Shown piece by piece: positions 40,704 through 55,967 of a stretch of DNA of 64,000 nucleotides. The stretch's first letter is position 1; each line of letters begins with the position of its first letter. The DNA comes from Octopus vulgaris (Eukaryota), in assembly GCA_951406725.2 (NCBI GenBank), contig OX597833.1, positions 1,798,001-1,862,000 of the forward strand, in the 5' to 3' direction. The notes below the pieces were generated by a model. It saw only the letters and a list, made by a program, of their open reading frames with translations. It was not told the DNA's origin and did not search any database. The translations under genes were made by a program, and so were the position numbers.

Positions 40704-41272
40704 AAGTATTTTCATATATATATGTATATCGATAAATAACTTATGGTTAACTGTTATCATATTAAGTTCCGTAACTCGCGGTACATTGATTTTTCAATTT
40801 ATGACCTAATCAAAATACTCCGACAATATTATATATTCAACTTACGTCGGTAGTAAATCCTCGCCCACCCTCTATATAAGTATGTACTACACTGATTATT
40901 ATAACTATTTTAATTCTGTAACTAAATTTTCCAGTCGGTCGAAAGGTTTTCAGAGGGATAGCATGTAGCGTTAATTGGTATATCCTAATTTTCTCTCTTT
41001 CTCTTTCTTTTTCTTTTCTTTTTCTTTCTTTTCCCGCTCTCATGAAGATCCACTATTTAAGCTGGTATAACTATTCACTGCCATAATTATCATTATTGTA
41101 AGAGTTATGCCTAATTATGCACAAAATAGATGAAATATTGTTTGTTTTGTAATCAATAAATATAATTGATGTTTATGAATTATCAATTTTATCTCCACTT
41201 TCTTATTTTTCCTTTTATATAGGCACACACACACATATATGTGTATATGTATATATATATATATAAGTATAT

Positions 41273-41417
<145 letters not shown>

Positions 41418-41805
41418 TGTACATATATATATATAGAGAGAGAGAGAGATGTACATACATACATACATATATATACATGAAAGCTGATATACATATATTA
41501 TACAAATATACTTGCATATACATTGAGATAAATATATATAAAAATAAATGCAACTATAAAACAAACGTAAAATTAAGAATGAATCTATAATTATAATTGT
41601 AATTCTTACAAATTTAAAACACACTATTTAAAATAATTATAGCTAATATAGAATTATATTATAGCATAATGGAATTTGTGTTATTATAAATAAATGTTAT
41701 TATAAGATAATTTACTCACAATAAACTTTTAGATTAATAAATATTTAGTATTATATTACTTAATAAAATATTCATAATAAATAAATGATTCTAATCAATT
41801 TACTA

Positions 41806-41848
<43 letters not shown>

Positions 41849-41877
41849 TTAATAATGATAATAATAAATTTACATAC

Positions 41878-41937
<60 letters not shown>

Positions 41938-42029
41938 TTATATACACACATACATATACATATAAAAAATCACAAATCTAAAACTAGTTATATAGATATA
42001 TATACATGCATCTGCATATATACAGATAT

Positions 42030-42102
<73 letters not shown>

Positions 42103-42943
42103 CATTCTAATAATTATGTAGCAATTTAACATTTAATTATGAAAAACAGTTTATGCTTTAATACCCAATAATCCTCCACATAATCAAATGAAATTAATTA
42201 TATTTCCTGTTCGCATATTTTGAAGAGTGTTTACAAGATAAAAAAATATATTTTGAAGTGTGTTTACAAGATAAAACAAGTTCTTTTTTATGTTAAAATT
42301 TGATATCTTTCCTCCGCACCCAAGTTACATCTATTATCAGCAATTTTATAAGATGTATAACGAAATATTTTTCATTTAAGCTTATACAATTTATTAATAT
42401 TCTTTAGCTTAAATATAAATTTAATTAGACTGGTGCTACACAACTTATTTCTGCTTCAATAAATATATTCATGGTTTGCGATATGTCGTTTAATGAAATT
42501 TTCGTTCGACCCAATATAAAAATAACACTTTCCTTCACATTCTACTTGGATACAAACATTATTGAAGTAACATTTACCCTACAATTACAACTTCTAGCTA
42601 CACGGTTTCAATTAGGTCCATTATTATTATAATGAAAGTATTATAATTTTTATTACTATAATAGAATATCGAAATCATTCTAAGTAAGTTTTTAGATGAT
42701 ACGAAAACAATTTTAACCGTTTTATTATTATTTTATCATACATATTTTCCTTATTAAAATATTAAGATATAGATCTGTAAAACGATTTCACCAAATTAGT
42801 TTGTATTTGTCTTACAAAAGAAATATTAAACCAACTATTTTACCTTTATCAAATGTGTTTTTTTTGTTATGAGACTTATCCAAATTAACATATGAGCTAT
42901 ATTTTATAACATTAAATTGAAATTTATCATTATTATTATTATT

Positions 42944-43024
<81 letters not shown>

Positions 43025-43255
43025 GTTCTTATTATTATTAAAAATAGATTTTCCCAATCTGCTGTGTACAGATATAGTATTAATATATTTTTATTGTCTT
43101 TATCCTTTGCGCTTTATGAAAGGGGTATCTTTATAGTATTCAGCATTACTTTATAGTATTCGTCTTGGAATATTTTAACCCAAAGTACGTGTAATTGACT
43201 TAGGAAGATTATTAAAATGAATATATTTCAAGTTAGCATTGGGTTCATGATATGG

Positions 43256-43341
<86 letters not shown>

Positions 43342-43719
43342 GTATGTGTATGTATATGTTTGTTTGTCTATGTTTTTTACCTCCAACATCACTTGACAAC
43401 GGATGGTGTATATATCATCGTAGCTTGGTGGTTCGGCAAAGGAGACCGATAGAATAAGTACTAGGCTTACAAAGAATAAGTCCTGGGGGCAATTTGCTCG
43501 ATTAAAGGCGGTGATCCTGCATGGCCGCAGTCAAATGACTGAAACAAGCAAGAGAAATAAAACTACACACACACACACACACACACATAACTTTTCCACT
43601 TACATGAGCCGGTTTCTAACCTAGATCTCAGGTCCCTTCGTTGGAATTTCACCAACATCAACATGGTATTTTTGTATGTATATACTCAGATTTGTATCTT
43701 TGTTTATCTATATCCCAAC

Positions 43720-44335
43720 ATACATACATTTATAGATACATACATACATACATACATACATACATACATACATACATACATACATACATACATACATACA
43801 TACATACATACATACATACATACATACATACATACATACACATACATACATACATACATACATACATACATACACACATACATACATACATACATACATA
43901 CATACATACATACATACATACATACATACATACATACATACATACATACATACACATACATACATACATACATACATACATACATACATACATACATACA
44001 TACATACATACATACATACATACATACATACATACATACATACATACATACATACATACATACACACACACATACATACATACATACATACATACATACA
44101 TACATACATACATACATACATACAGACATACATACATACATATATACATACATACATACATACATACATACATACATACATACATACATACATACATACA
44201 CACATACATACATACATACATACATACACATACATACATACATACATACATACATACATACATACATACAGACATACATACATACATACATACATACATA
44301 CATACATACATACATACATACATACATACATACAT
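43720..44335. repeat. (TACA)n microsatellite, ~600 bp
   Basis: Read directly. Confidence 0.97.
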
Positions 44336-44559
44336 TACTTATGTGTGTCATTGTTTAGTTGTGTTTCAAGATTTTTCGCCAATAGAAAAAGAGCCGGTTT
44401 CTAACCTAGTTTCAATTCTCCTTCATTGAAATTGCAACATCAACAATGGGATATTTTTGTTTCCATGCATGTATGTATATACGTATATATTTATGTATGC
44501 GTGTATGTATACGAGCAGATTTGTATGATAAATTTCCGCTTGTACATATGTATGTATAT

Positions 44560-44924
44560 ACGTATATATGTATGTGTGTATGTATGTATGTATGTATGTA
44601 TGTATGTATGTATGTGTGTATGTATGTATTTATGTATATATGTATGTATGTATGTATGTGTGTATGTATGTATGTATGTATATGTATGTATGTATGTATG
44701 TATGTATATATGTAAGTATGTATGTATGTATGTGTGTATGTATATATGTATGTATGTATATATGTATGTGTGTATGTATGTATGTATGTATATATGTATG
44801 TATGTATATATGTATGTGTGTATGTATGTATGTATGTATGTATGTATGTATGTATGTATGTGTGTATGTATGTATGTGTGTATGTATGTATGTATGTATG
44901 TATGTGTGTGTGTATGTATGTATG

Positions 44925-44958
<34 letters not shown>

Positions 44959-45056
44959 TGTATGTGTGTATGTATGTATGTATGTATGTATGTATGTATG
45001 TATGTATGTATGTATGTATGTATGTATGTATGTATGTATGTATATATGTATGTATG

Positions 45057-45087
<31 letters not shown>

Positions 45088-45224
45088 GTATGTATGTATG
45101 TATGTATGTATGTATGTATGTATGTATGTATGTATGTATGTATGTATGTATGTATGTATGTATGTATGTATGTATGTATGTATGTATGTATGTATGTATG
45201 TATGTATGTATGTATATATGTATG

Positions 45225-45260
<36 letters not shown>

Positions 45261-45300
45261 TGTATGTATGTATATGTATATTGTATGTATGTATATATGT
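44560..45300. repeat. (TATG)n microsatellite, ~740 bp
   Basis: Read directly; it is the reverse complement of the preceding array. Confidence 0.97.
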
Positions 45301-45601
45301 ATATTGATGTCTGTTGCTAATGGATTGTTGGGAAACTTTACGTAGGTTTCCGTCATTCTGACTTTTGAATGTTCTGTCATATATATATACGTGTATATAT
45401 ATATATTCATGTATATGTATATATGTATGTATATATATATATGTTGTATATATATATATATATATGTATACATATATATGTGTATATATATATATATATC
45501 TGTATGTATTTGCATATGTATTGTATACTAATATATATACATATATATGCGTTTGTGTGTGTGCATATATAAACGTATATATATATATGCATATATATAC
45601 G

Positions 45602-45641
<40 letters not shown>

Positions 45642-45999
45642 TATAGGCATTAAAATAAGCATAGATAATTATATATATTATATTCTATTACATTATATTA
45701 TATTATTATATTATATTATATTACATTACATTACATTATTTTACTTTATATTCTTTGCTTTAGTTTGAATACAGTATTCGTTTTCTTATGTGGCCTTCAC
45801 AGTTATTTGATTTCCAGCCCCTGGCTATGTTTTCCTCCATTTTCTAATAATCAATATTTTTACAATTTTTGAAACTTGTTACTTTTATTTTCGGTCGATG
45901 ATGTTTCCGCTGATACAATATCTATACAGAATACTTCCGACCTCTCCAACGGCCTTGGAACAAATTTCATTTCTTACAAATATTCTGTGCTATAAGAAC

Positions 46000-46063
<64 letters not shown>

Positions 46064-46067
46064 ACTT

Positions 46068-46131
<64 letters not shown>

Positions 46132-46319
46132 GCAACCTACCTATCTATCAATCTCTATATATCAATTTATCTACCTACCTACCTATCTATTTATCTATCT
46201 ATCTACCTATTTACCTACCTATCTATCTACCTACATATCTACCTAAGTATCTACCTACCTACCTATCTACCTATCTACCTATCTATCATCTATCTATATA
46301 TCTATCTAAACATATAACA

Positions 46320-46697
46320 ATATTGACCAAGGTTACCGTGGTCTTTTTCGTAGACTTTTCTTCCCACGGATAAACCTTACTTGCTTTCCCCTTTACACCA
46401 TACATCATAACACTGTGATACACGATCCCTATTGATCGTTTTTTTCCCCTCTTCCCCTTTTTCCCCTTTTCTTCTTTTTTTTCATTTCTCTTTTCTTTTG
46501 TTCCTTTTCCTTTTCTTCTTTTTTTATTTTTTGTTCTTTTTTTCCCTTTTACGATCTCTTTTGATCGAAAACCTACGCCACGTTTTTTTTTGTTTCTTTT
46601 GTTTTTTGTTTTTTGTTTTTTTCATCCCCAAAAGAAAAGCTCTACCTTGTAACTTGTCCCATCTGTGTGCAACCCTGTGTGGCCAATAAAGAAACGT
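46320..46697 (+). mobile_element. Tx1/L1-clade LINE 3' UTR fragment flanked by (TCTA)n
   Basis: Homologous to the 3' UTRs at 49192-49500(-) and 51760-52010. TCTA array at 46000-46310 upstream and tatctatcta downstream. Confidence 0.8.
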
Positions 46698-47113
46698 ATC
46701 TATCTATATCTAGCTATTTATCTGTATATGAGTGTGTATGTGTCTGTGAGTGTGTCTGTGTTTGCGTGTTCGTTACGGAAATGTATGTCTGTTTGTGTCT
46801 GTTTCAGTATATGTATATAAGTGTATGTGAGTGTATATGTAAGAGCGTATGCATGTGTGAGTGTATGTGTAATTGCCAATTACATTGTGAAAGAGCTATA
46901 CTCGTTCCAACTAACGAAATGGTTGATAAACTCAATCAGGAACTTCTTCACGAGTTAACAGATACAGCAGAAATGATTTTTCCATCAATTTACACAACAG
47001 TCGATCAAGATCAGGCCGTTCAATACCCTGTTGAATTTCTGAACTCACTTAAACCCACTGGGACGCCACCGCGTTACCTGACACTAAAGCTGGATACTCC
47101 TGATAGGTTGCTT

Positions 47114-47446
47114 TTTAAACATCGGATGGCTGCGAGAAAACGCAGAAAAATAAAGAGTGATGAAAGGGAGATAATCTTATTCAAAGAAATTAAAATTCTG
47201 AAGAGCTCTCATCAAGTCCAGCGAACGTAAAGAAATTAGAAAATATTATTACTATTTATAGCAGGTGAATCATTCTTTTAGTGGCTATTCCTAATTTGGA
47301 GGAGGATGCTCAATGTAAATAGAAAACCTTTAACTATAATATCAATTTTATTAAATAGAAGCTAAGCAACGGCCCTTAAATATCAATGTGTTCTCCTTTC
47401 GTTTCAAGACGCCATGCTGCGATGCTTATATAAGAAGCATTTATTG
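47114..47446 (+). repeat. ~333-bp copy of 55241-55574 inserted in the Helitron helicase
   Basis: Only a few substitutions by eye. The whole insertion is bounded by gttgctt at 47107-47113 and 47694-47700. Confidence 0.9.
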
Positions 47447-47681
47447 AGAGGAGAAATGGAAAGAAAGGAAGAGACATAAACAAGAGACCATTGCACTACA
47501 ACCAGCCAGGAACAGTCTTCGCTACATTTGCAGTACCTGCCAGAGGGAGTGTTTGTCCAGGATAGGACTATACAGCCACAGCAAGAAATGTAACAGGAAA
47601 TAAAATATAACAGCCGGACTAGACCTAGAAAAAAAAAATGCGCAACTCCATTGTCTCCCGAGACAGAGAGGATGCCAAACA
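47447..47681 (+). mobile_element. RTE-clade LINE 3' end
   Basis: C-terminal zinc finger CSTCQRECLSRIGLYSHSKKC and a 3' UTR ccattgtctcccgagacagagaggatgcc. Confidence 0.75.
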
Positions 47682-47956
47682 ATTGTTTGTTCTGTTGCTT
47701 AGTAATCGTGATCCACCTGGCCTGTGTAATGGAACTCACTTAACTGTTATCATAAAGTCACATGTTCTACAGGCAACAATCATAACAGGTACTCTCAAAG
47801 AATGGCTTTATTTCAAAATTTCAAGAATGTCTTTATTCACAAAGAATGTCTTTATTCCAAAATTTCCTCTCCTACCAAACGATGTTCCATTCGAATTTAA
47901 GAGGCTTCATTTTCCAGAGAAACTAAGTTTTCCTAATTCAATTAGCAAATCTCAGT

Positions 47957-48343
47957 GGTGGAAGCATTCCGTCGGTTACGACGACGAGGGTTCCGGTTGA
48001 TCCGAATCAACGGAACAGCCTGCTCGTGAAATTAACGTGTAAGTGGCTGAGCACTCCACAGACACGTGTACCCTTAACGTAGTTCTCGGGGATATTCAGC
48101 GTGACACAGAGAGTGACAAGGCCGGCCCTTTGAAATACAGGTACAACAGAAACAGGAAATAAGAGTGAGAGAAAGTTGTGGTGAAAGAGTACAGCAGGGA
48201 TCACCACCATCCCCTGCCGGAGCCTCGTGGAGCTTTAGGTGTTTTCGCTCAATAAACACTCACAACGCCCGGTCTGGGAATCGAAACCGCGATGCTATGA
48301 CCGCGAGTCCGCTGCCCTAACCACTGGGCCATTGCGCCTCCAA
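47957..48343 (-). mobile_element. Family A SINE, full length
   Basis: 13-bp TSD agcaaatctcagt at 47944-47956 and 48344-48356, splitting the helicase KSQ motif. Confidence 0.93.
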
Positions 48344-48700
48344 AGCAAATCTCAGTATCGAACACTCAATGTAGTTGGACCTCATTTCTCTCTTACACGC
48401 TTCTCCCACGGCCAGCTCTATGTTCGTTGCTCTCGAGGTGGAAGCAACGACAGTTTATCTATTGGACATCAAATAAAAAAAAAAAAAAATCACAGAATGA
48501 ATATTGTTTACGCTCAGGTGCTTCAACACTGACGTATTTTCAGTTCTAAATTCTATTACCACTACAACTTGGATGTTTTTTAATAAAATATAGATGTTTT
48601 GAAATAATTATGAGAAGAGATATAACTTCATATTTTTGTTTACTAATCTGAATAAGAAAAGCAGTTACCGGGCAACAAGAGTTGATTTAGCTAGTACATA

Positions 48701-48779
<79 letters not shown>

Positions 48780-48992
48780 TCACAGATGCACACGCACACA
48801 TATACATACATATCTATCTATCTATCTATCTCTGTATATGTATTTATCTTTATCTATCTCTGTATATATATATATCTTTATCTATATATATATATATATA
48901 TATATATAGATATATAGATATAGATATAGATAGATAGATAGATAGATAGATAGATGATAGATAGATAGATAGATAGATATAGATAGATAGAG

Positions 48993-49173
<181 letters not shown>

Positions 49174-49191
49174 TAGAGAGATAGATATAGA

Positions 49192-50522
49192 TATGTTTCT
49201 TTATTAGCCACACAGGGCTGCACACAGATAGAACAAATTACAAGGTAGAGCTTTTCTTTTGAAGGTTTAAAAAAAAAAAAAAATAAAAAAAAAGTGGGGG
49301 TTTCGATCAAAAGGGATCGTAAAAGGAGAGAAAGAGGACAAAAAAAGGGGGGTTAAAAAAAGGGGGAGAGGAAAAAAAAATTGATCAATAGGGATCGTTA
49401 TCACAGAAATGTCAATATGAAGTGTAAAGGGGAGGACAGGTGAGGTTTACCCGTGGAAAGAAAAGCCTACGGAAAAGACCACGGTAACCTCGGTCAATGA
49501 AGTCACTTTTTATATTTCTTTTTTTTTTTTTTGCAAATAAGCAACTCTCTGTATTAATTTTTATGGTTCATAGAATCATAGCTCAAGGTGGCTTCGTCAT
49601 TCATACGTGCCATCCTTGCTACATTCACCCATCTTTTTTTAAAACATTCACTAGACAAAACTTGCCTCTCTACTCTCACTTTCCTCTTCAAGTGGTACTT
49701 GAAGAAGTTGATGAGAGATTGACCAGAGAGGAAAGTGTTTGTCTCTAATCCTTTCAGACGCGTCCACCAGATACATTCTTTCGCCATAGCCACAAGGATG
49801 ATAAAAATAGCTCTTCCTTCCCGTTTGAAGGAAGGAGGCGTGACAATATTGACGATAGACTCGGCTGATAAACCGACTCGTCCCACACGTGACAGCAGTT
49901 GTTCGACATAAGCCCACAGGTGGGAAATTGTTGGACACTGAACGAGTGCGTGCAGAACGGTTTCGTCGCTCTGCCCGCATCTCGGGCAGGTCGGCCCCGT
50001 GTTTCTCGAGCCATGCCTATAGAGCTTATCCCGAACGGGTAGCGCTTCTCGGTAGCACCGCCAGGCCAGGATCTCTGGAAGTTGTCCATAGGTCCCGGGC
50101 CGAAAGTCGTCCTGAAACAGGCGGGTCAGGTATTCCTCGTCGACGTCCAGGTTCGCCCCGAGCTCGTCGTCGTACCTCCCCTCCACTAATCCCCTATAGA
50201 ATGCTTTGGTTGTGTTGAAGTCACTCAAGGTCGACCCGGGACGGCAGAGTTGCTTGAGAGCAACGCGAACGCCTCTTTTGATCCACGACTGTAGTTCGGT
50301 CATGGAGACGAGTTGCATTGCGCGACCACACCTGTTCACTCGGCCGGAGATGTCTCTCAGCGCGTGTCTGCGCATCATCAACCACGGCATCCCCAGCCCT
50401 CCTCGGGTGTTGACAGCAAATGGATCATGACCATCGGGACGCATCCTTTCCACAAGAAGCGGAAGAGGATGCGTTCTAGTTTGGTGATGGTAGGGTCGGG
50501 ACAAGGTACGACGGTCAGGCGG
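49192..50522 (-). mobile_element. 5'-truncated Tx1/L1-clade LINE inside (GATA)n/(TCTA)n
   Basis: ORF2 C-terminus plus 3' UTR. GATA arrays on both sides (48920-49192, 50526-50600). Confidence 0.88.
49554..50504 (-). CDS. Tx1/L1-type ORF2 C-terminal fragment (zf-RVT), probably with internal deletions
   Basis: GGLGMP, LAWRCYREALPVRDKL and CPRCGQSDETVLHALVQCP (CCHC). Confidence 0.8.
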   Translation of the reverse strand: MSRPYHHQTRTHPLPLLVERMRPDGHDPFAVNTRGGLGMPWLMMRRHALRDISGRVNRCGRAMQLVSMTELQSWIKRGVRVALKQLCRPGSTLSDFNTTKAFYRGLVEGRYDDELGANLDVDEEYLTRLFQDDFRPGTYGQLPEILAWRCYREALPVRDKLYRHGSRNTGPTCPRCGQSDETVLHALVQCPTISHLWAYVEQLLSRVGRVGLSAESIVNIVTPPSFKREGRAIFIILVAMAKECIWWTRLKGLETNTFLSGQSLINFFKYHLKRKVRVERQVLSSECFKKRWVNVARMARMNDEATLSYDSMNHKN

Positions 50523-50525
50523 TAG

Positions 50526-50601
<76 letters not shown>

Positions 50602-50618
50602 CAGACAGTTAGATACTA

Positions 50619-50850
50619 TCATCGTTTTACGTCCGATTTTCATGCAGGCATGGGTTGGACGGTTTGTCTGAGAACTGAACTGGTGAGCCAGAGACTGCAC
50701 CAGGCTCAATCTGATCTGGCAAAGTTCCTACAGCTGGATGCCCTTCCTAACGCCAACCACTCCGAGAGTGTAGTGGGTGCTTTTTCGAGCCACCGGCACG
50801 ACGGCCAATCAGGCCATTCTGGCAATGAGCACGCTCAAAAGCTGTTTTTA
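50619..50850 (-). mobile_element. Interspersed repeat / SINE fragment
   Basis: Minus-strand motif ggttggcgttaggaagggcatccagctgtag, typical of RTE-associated repeats; ends in gatgat. Confidence 0.5.
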
Positions 50851-51156
50851 CGTGCTATATATGTGTGTGTATTAAGAATGAGTAGTACCTGCATTTCAAA
50901 GGTGCAGCTTCGACACACTCTGCATCACCCTGAATCTCCCTGAGAATTACACTACACGTGTCTGCGGAGTGCTCAGCCATTTGCACAATAATTTCATGGA
51001 TAGGCTGTTCTGGTGATTGGATCAACAGGAACCCCCGTCGCCTCCTTTATTAATTAAATTGAGCCGCTTGAAACGGCCGTAATTCCCTGAGCAGGCTGTT
51101 CCGCTGACTGGATCAACTGGATCTCCCGATGTCGTAACTGACAGAGTGCCTCTATC

Positions 51157-52139
<983 letters not shown>

Positions 52140-52161
52140 GTCTGTCTATCTGTCTATCTAT

Positions 52162-52302
52162 CTCCTCTTTCTCTCCTTTTACGATCCCTTTTGATCGAAA
52201 CTCCCCCTTCCTTTTTTTTTTTTTTTTAAACCTTCAAAGTAAAAGCTCTACCTTGTAATTTGTTCTATCTGTGTGCAGCCCTGTGTGGCTAATAAAGAAA
52301 CA

Positions 52303-52303
<1 letters not shown>
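52162..52303 (+). mobile_element. Tx1 3' terminal fragment inside (TCTA)n
   Basis: Near-identical to the reverse complement of 49192-49338. TCTA on both sides. Confidence 0.88.
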
Positions 52304-52363
<60 letters not shown>

Positions 52364-52390
52364 CTCTATCTATCTATCTATCTATCTTAT

Positions 52391-52424
<34 letters not shown>

Positions 52425-53122
52425 CATATATATAGATAGATACATGTGTGTGTGCGTGTGTGTGTGTGTATTCGTGTATATATATATATATATATTCATC
52501 TATCTATCTGTCTCTCTGTCTATCTATCCATTTGTCGGTCTGTCTGTATGTATGTATGCATATGCGTTTTTATATATTTAAACACACCCCCTCAATCTCC
52601 GTGTTTTTTTATGTAAATAGTAATAAGGCCATTATTTGTGCATTATCCACAATATACGACTATTTTTTTATAGATTGTTCAATAAGAGGATGAGTAGTGG
52701 TTGTTTCTTTGACCTTATGCTTGGTCCCTCGAGCCTCATGTGATCGATAGATGTATTTTTTATATCTTTTTAATGTGTAGATTAAACATCCATCAGTGGC
52801 CGTCAGTCGGAAATGTGTTGGTATGGAGCGGGGTTGCGTGTCCAGAAGCTTTGATGCTCGGTAAAAACGATTAAAGAGAAGTGGTTAATGCAGGGGGTAT
52901 GTGCAGGAAATATGCTTTCAGGACTGTGTTTTCTGCTGTGGGTGTGTATATATAGTAAAAACGGGTGGTTACTTCAAAGTAGTTGATGTCGCTGTTATAT
53001 CAATTGAGGAAAGATAGGAAGACAGAAAAGGATAGAGAAACAGTAAGAGAGACAGAGGCAGATAGTCAATAAGTGAGAGAGAGAAAGAATAAACATTTCT
53101 GACGACTATAATGTAATGATTA

Positions 53123-53310
53123 TTTTTCGGAAGAGTGGATCTCGAAGTGCATAAAGCTATATAAATAACTGTATATAAATACCGAGTTGAAAAATCGTTT
53201 TGGAAATTTGTAAACAAATCGACTTGTTATGTGCAAAAGGTTTTTCAATCCAATATTTGTATGCTTTTATTTGTAGCATCATGTGCTTCGAGATCCACTG
53301 TTCCAAAAGA
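53123..53310. mobile_element. Degenerate fold-back (palindromic) MITE
   Basis: ggaagagtggatctcgaag... versus ...cttcgagatccactgttcc; imperfect symmetry continues to the centre acaaatcgacttgt. Confidence 0.65.
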
Positions 53311-53549
53311 GAGTTGTTCTCTGTGTTATGCTATACGAATGAATGAATCAGTGTTTTTCGTTTTCGAAACGATCCTTTTGGCCTGGAATTTGGGGATGCG
53401 TAGAAATATTCGCATAGGCAATTATCCACACTTTTAGGTACACAGAATATTGGTGGAATGTGCCAATAGTGACAGCATTACGATTTCTCCACAACAGGCC
53501 CGATAGAGTTATATAAGAGACAAAGCAGAAATCGTTCACCGTTTTAGAT

Positions 53550-53877
53550 TAAAAAGACTCCGCCGGTTACGACGACGAGGGTCCCAGCTGATACGATCAA
53601 CGGAACAGCTTGCTCGTGAAATTAACGTGCAAATGGCTGAGCATTCCACAGACACGTGTACCCTTAACGTAGTTCTCGGGGATAATCAGCGTGACACAGA
53701 GAGTGACAAGGCTGACCCTTTGAAATACAAGTACAACTCATTTTTGCCAGCTGAGTGGACTGGAGCAACGTGAAATAAAGCGTCTTGCTCAAGGACACAA
53801 CGCGTCGCCGGGAATCGAACTCACAACCTTACGATCATGAGCCGAATGCCCTAACCACTAAGCCACGCTCCCTCACC
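53550..53877 (-). mobile_element. SINE with family A 3' half and a different tRNA head
   Basis: TSD ccgttttagat at 53539-53549 and 53878-53888. Head gagggagcgtggcttagtggttagggc..gagttcgattccc. Confidence 0.88.
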
Positions 53878-54085
53878 CCGTTTTAGATATCAGCTACCGA
53901 ACGGATATTTCCAGGGTTTGTTCTAGGGGAACACAACAAGCACGTTATCACACACACAGACTCACATGCACACAAACACAGACACACACATACTCACCAA
54001 ACACAAACACACACTCATACATATAAACACACTCATAAATGTATATATATATATATATATATAAATATATAAATATATACACATG

Positions 54086-54138
<53 letters not shown>

Positions 54139-54177
54139 TTATATTATATATATATATATATATATATACATACATAA

Positions 54178-54236
<59 letters not shown>

Positions 54237-55967
54237 AGAGTTACCGCTATGACCGATAACTCTTATATTTAAGTATAAATTTGTATTGTCACCCTGGTTT
54301 TTTATGTGCTAAACCACTTGGTGTTAAACTGATGGTATTATTAAATTAATATCTAATTTTTCACCCTCATTTATGTATATATATATCTTACTCGTGTCTG
54401 CGCCCACGCTAGGGTACCGCCTCAAATAATTTTAGTTGATGTAATCTGCCCAAGTATTTACATTTTGTTATAAGATCCTTATACTTATTCCGTCGGAATT
54501 TTTGCCGAATGGCTAAGTCACGAAGACGTTAACTGACCAACACCGGTCGTCAGGTGGTGAAGGGGACAGATATAGAGATAAAGACATATTCACACACATT
54601 CACACGCACACACACATATATATATATATTTGTGTGTGTGTGTGTATGCATGTATATATAAAACTATATATATGGATGCGTACACATAAACAGTAATGGG
54701 CTTCGCACTTATGTCCTAATGTCACGCACAATACGAGTGCAAGTTTATCCACACACATGTAGACAACATGCAAAGATATTAGCATTCATCAACCAATTTA
54801 GGTAACCAAAATCTGTAAATGCTCTCTTTTTTGCCTTAAACCAGTATCACCCGAGATCCCTATGAACCCTGGTGGGGAATGACACATAAGATTTTACATA
54901 TCTATACATAATTCTTTAAAACATAATAAAAATATTCTATCGGTCTCTCTTGCCGAACCGCTAAGTGACGGGGACGTAAACACACCAGCATCTGTTGTCA
55001 AGCGATGTTGAGGGGACAAACACAGACACACAAACATATACATATATGCATATATATAAGTACCTTTCATAGTTTATATATATATATATACCTTTCATAT
55101 GTGTGTGTGTGTGTGTGTGTTTGTGTGTGTATTATGTCAGGTCACTTTCGAGTGCTACTGGTAACATGTAACCCAGTATAATCTGTTGCATGGTCGGGTC
55201 GTCGTCGACTAAACCGGCAACCCCACCAAAATATTAGATTTTTTAAACATCGGATGGCTGCGAGAAAACGCAGAAAAATAAATAGGGATGAAAGGGAGAT
55301 AATCTTATTCAGAGAAATTAAAATTCTGAAGAGCTCTCATCAAGTCCAGCGAACGTAAAGAAATTAGAATATATTGTTACTATTTATAGCAGGTGAATCA
55401 TTCTTTTAGTGGCTATTCCTACTTTGGAGGAGGATGCTCAATGTAAATAGAAAACCTTTAACTATAATATCAATTTTATTAAATAGAAGCTAAGCAACGG
55501 CCCTTAAATATCAATGTGTTCTCCTTTCGTTTCAAGACGCCATGCTGCGATGCTTATATAAGAAGCATTTATTGTTTGTCCTACAAAATACCAGCAAAGA
55601 ATGTCAATCAAAAAAGCGACGATGGAATGACAGAATCTTCCTCGAAATCTCCTTTACGCAGAAAATCCTTGAGAATCTTAGGAAATTTTGAAGTAGCGGG
55701 ATGTTACATATAACAGCTTTATCTAAACCAACATGGTTGTTGAATAATGAAAAGCCAGTGGAATGTAAATTATTGAGCCGTCGGCTAAATGAATTAGAAA
55801 TATAACTGAATCTTACAATGTAGCGACAAAAATTTGAAACACCTAAGATAATTGAGTGTACAGGTGGACGTACTAAATTAGTATCTGCTTCATATTTTTT
55901 TTCTTACTTTTATCTGGACCTCGGGGGCTTCTGGAAGTGTGGGACGTATCGGTAACCATGCGGTAAA

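Larger units (their letters stand above)
46885..48694 (+). pseudogene. Helitron PIF1-type helicase C-terminal remnant and 3' end, interrupted by two insertions
   Basis: ERAILVPTNE..YPVEFLNSL..GTPP (to 47113), LLSNRDPPGLCNGT..PFEFKRLHFP..SKSQ (47694-47956), FSHGQLYV.CSR..NIVY (48357-48532), terminal ..CTAG near 48694. Confidence 0.88.

Noticed and set aside
40837-40990. Minus-strand splice donor gac|gtaagt suggesting an exon
   Set aside because: A single motif with no convincing acceptor or coding signal.
43641-45642. Long YIHT/MYVC ORFs (also the many YIYI and LSIY ORFs elsewhere)
   Set aside because: Stop-free microsatellite frames.
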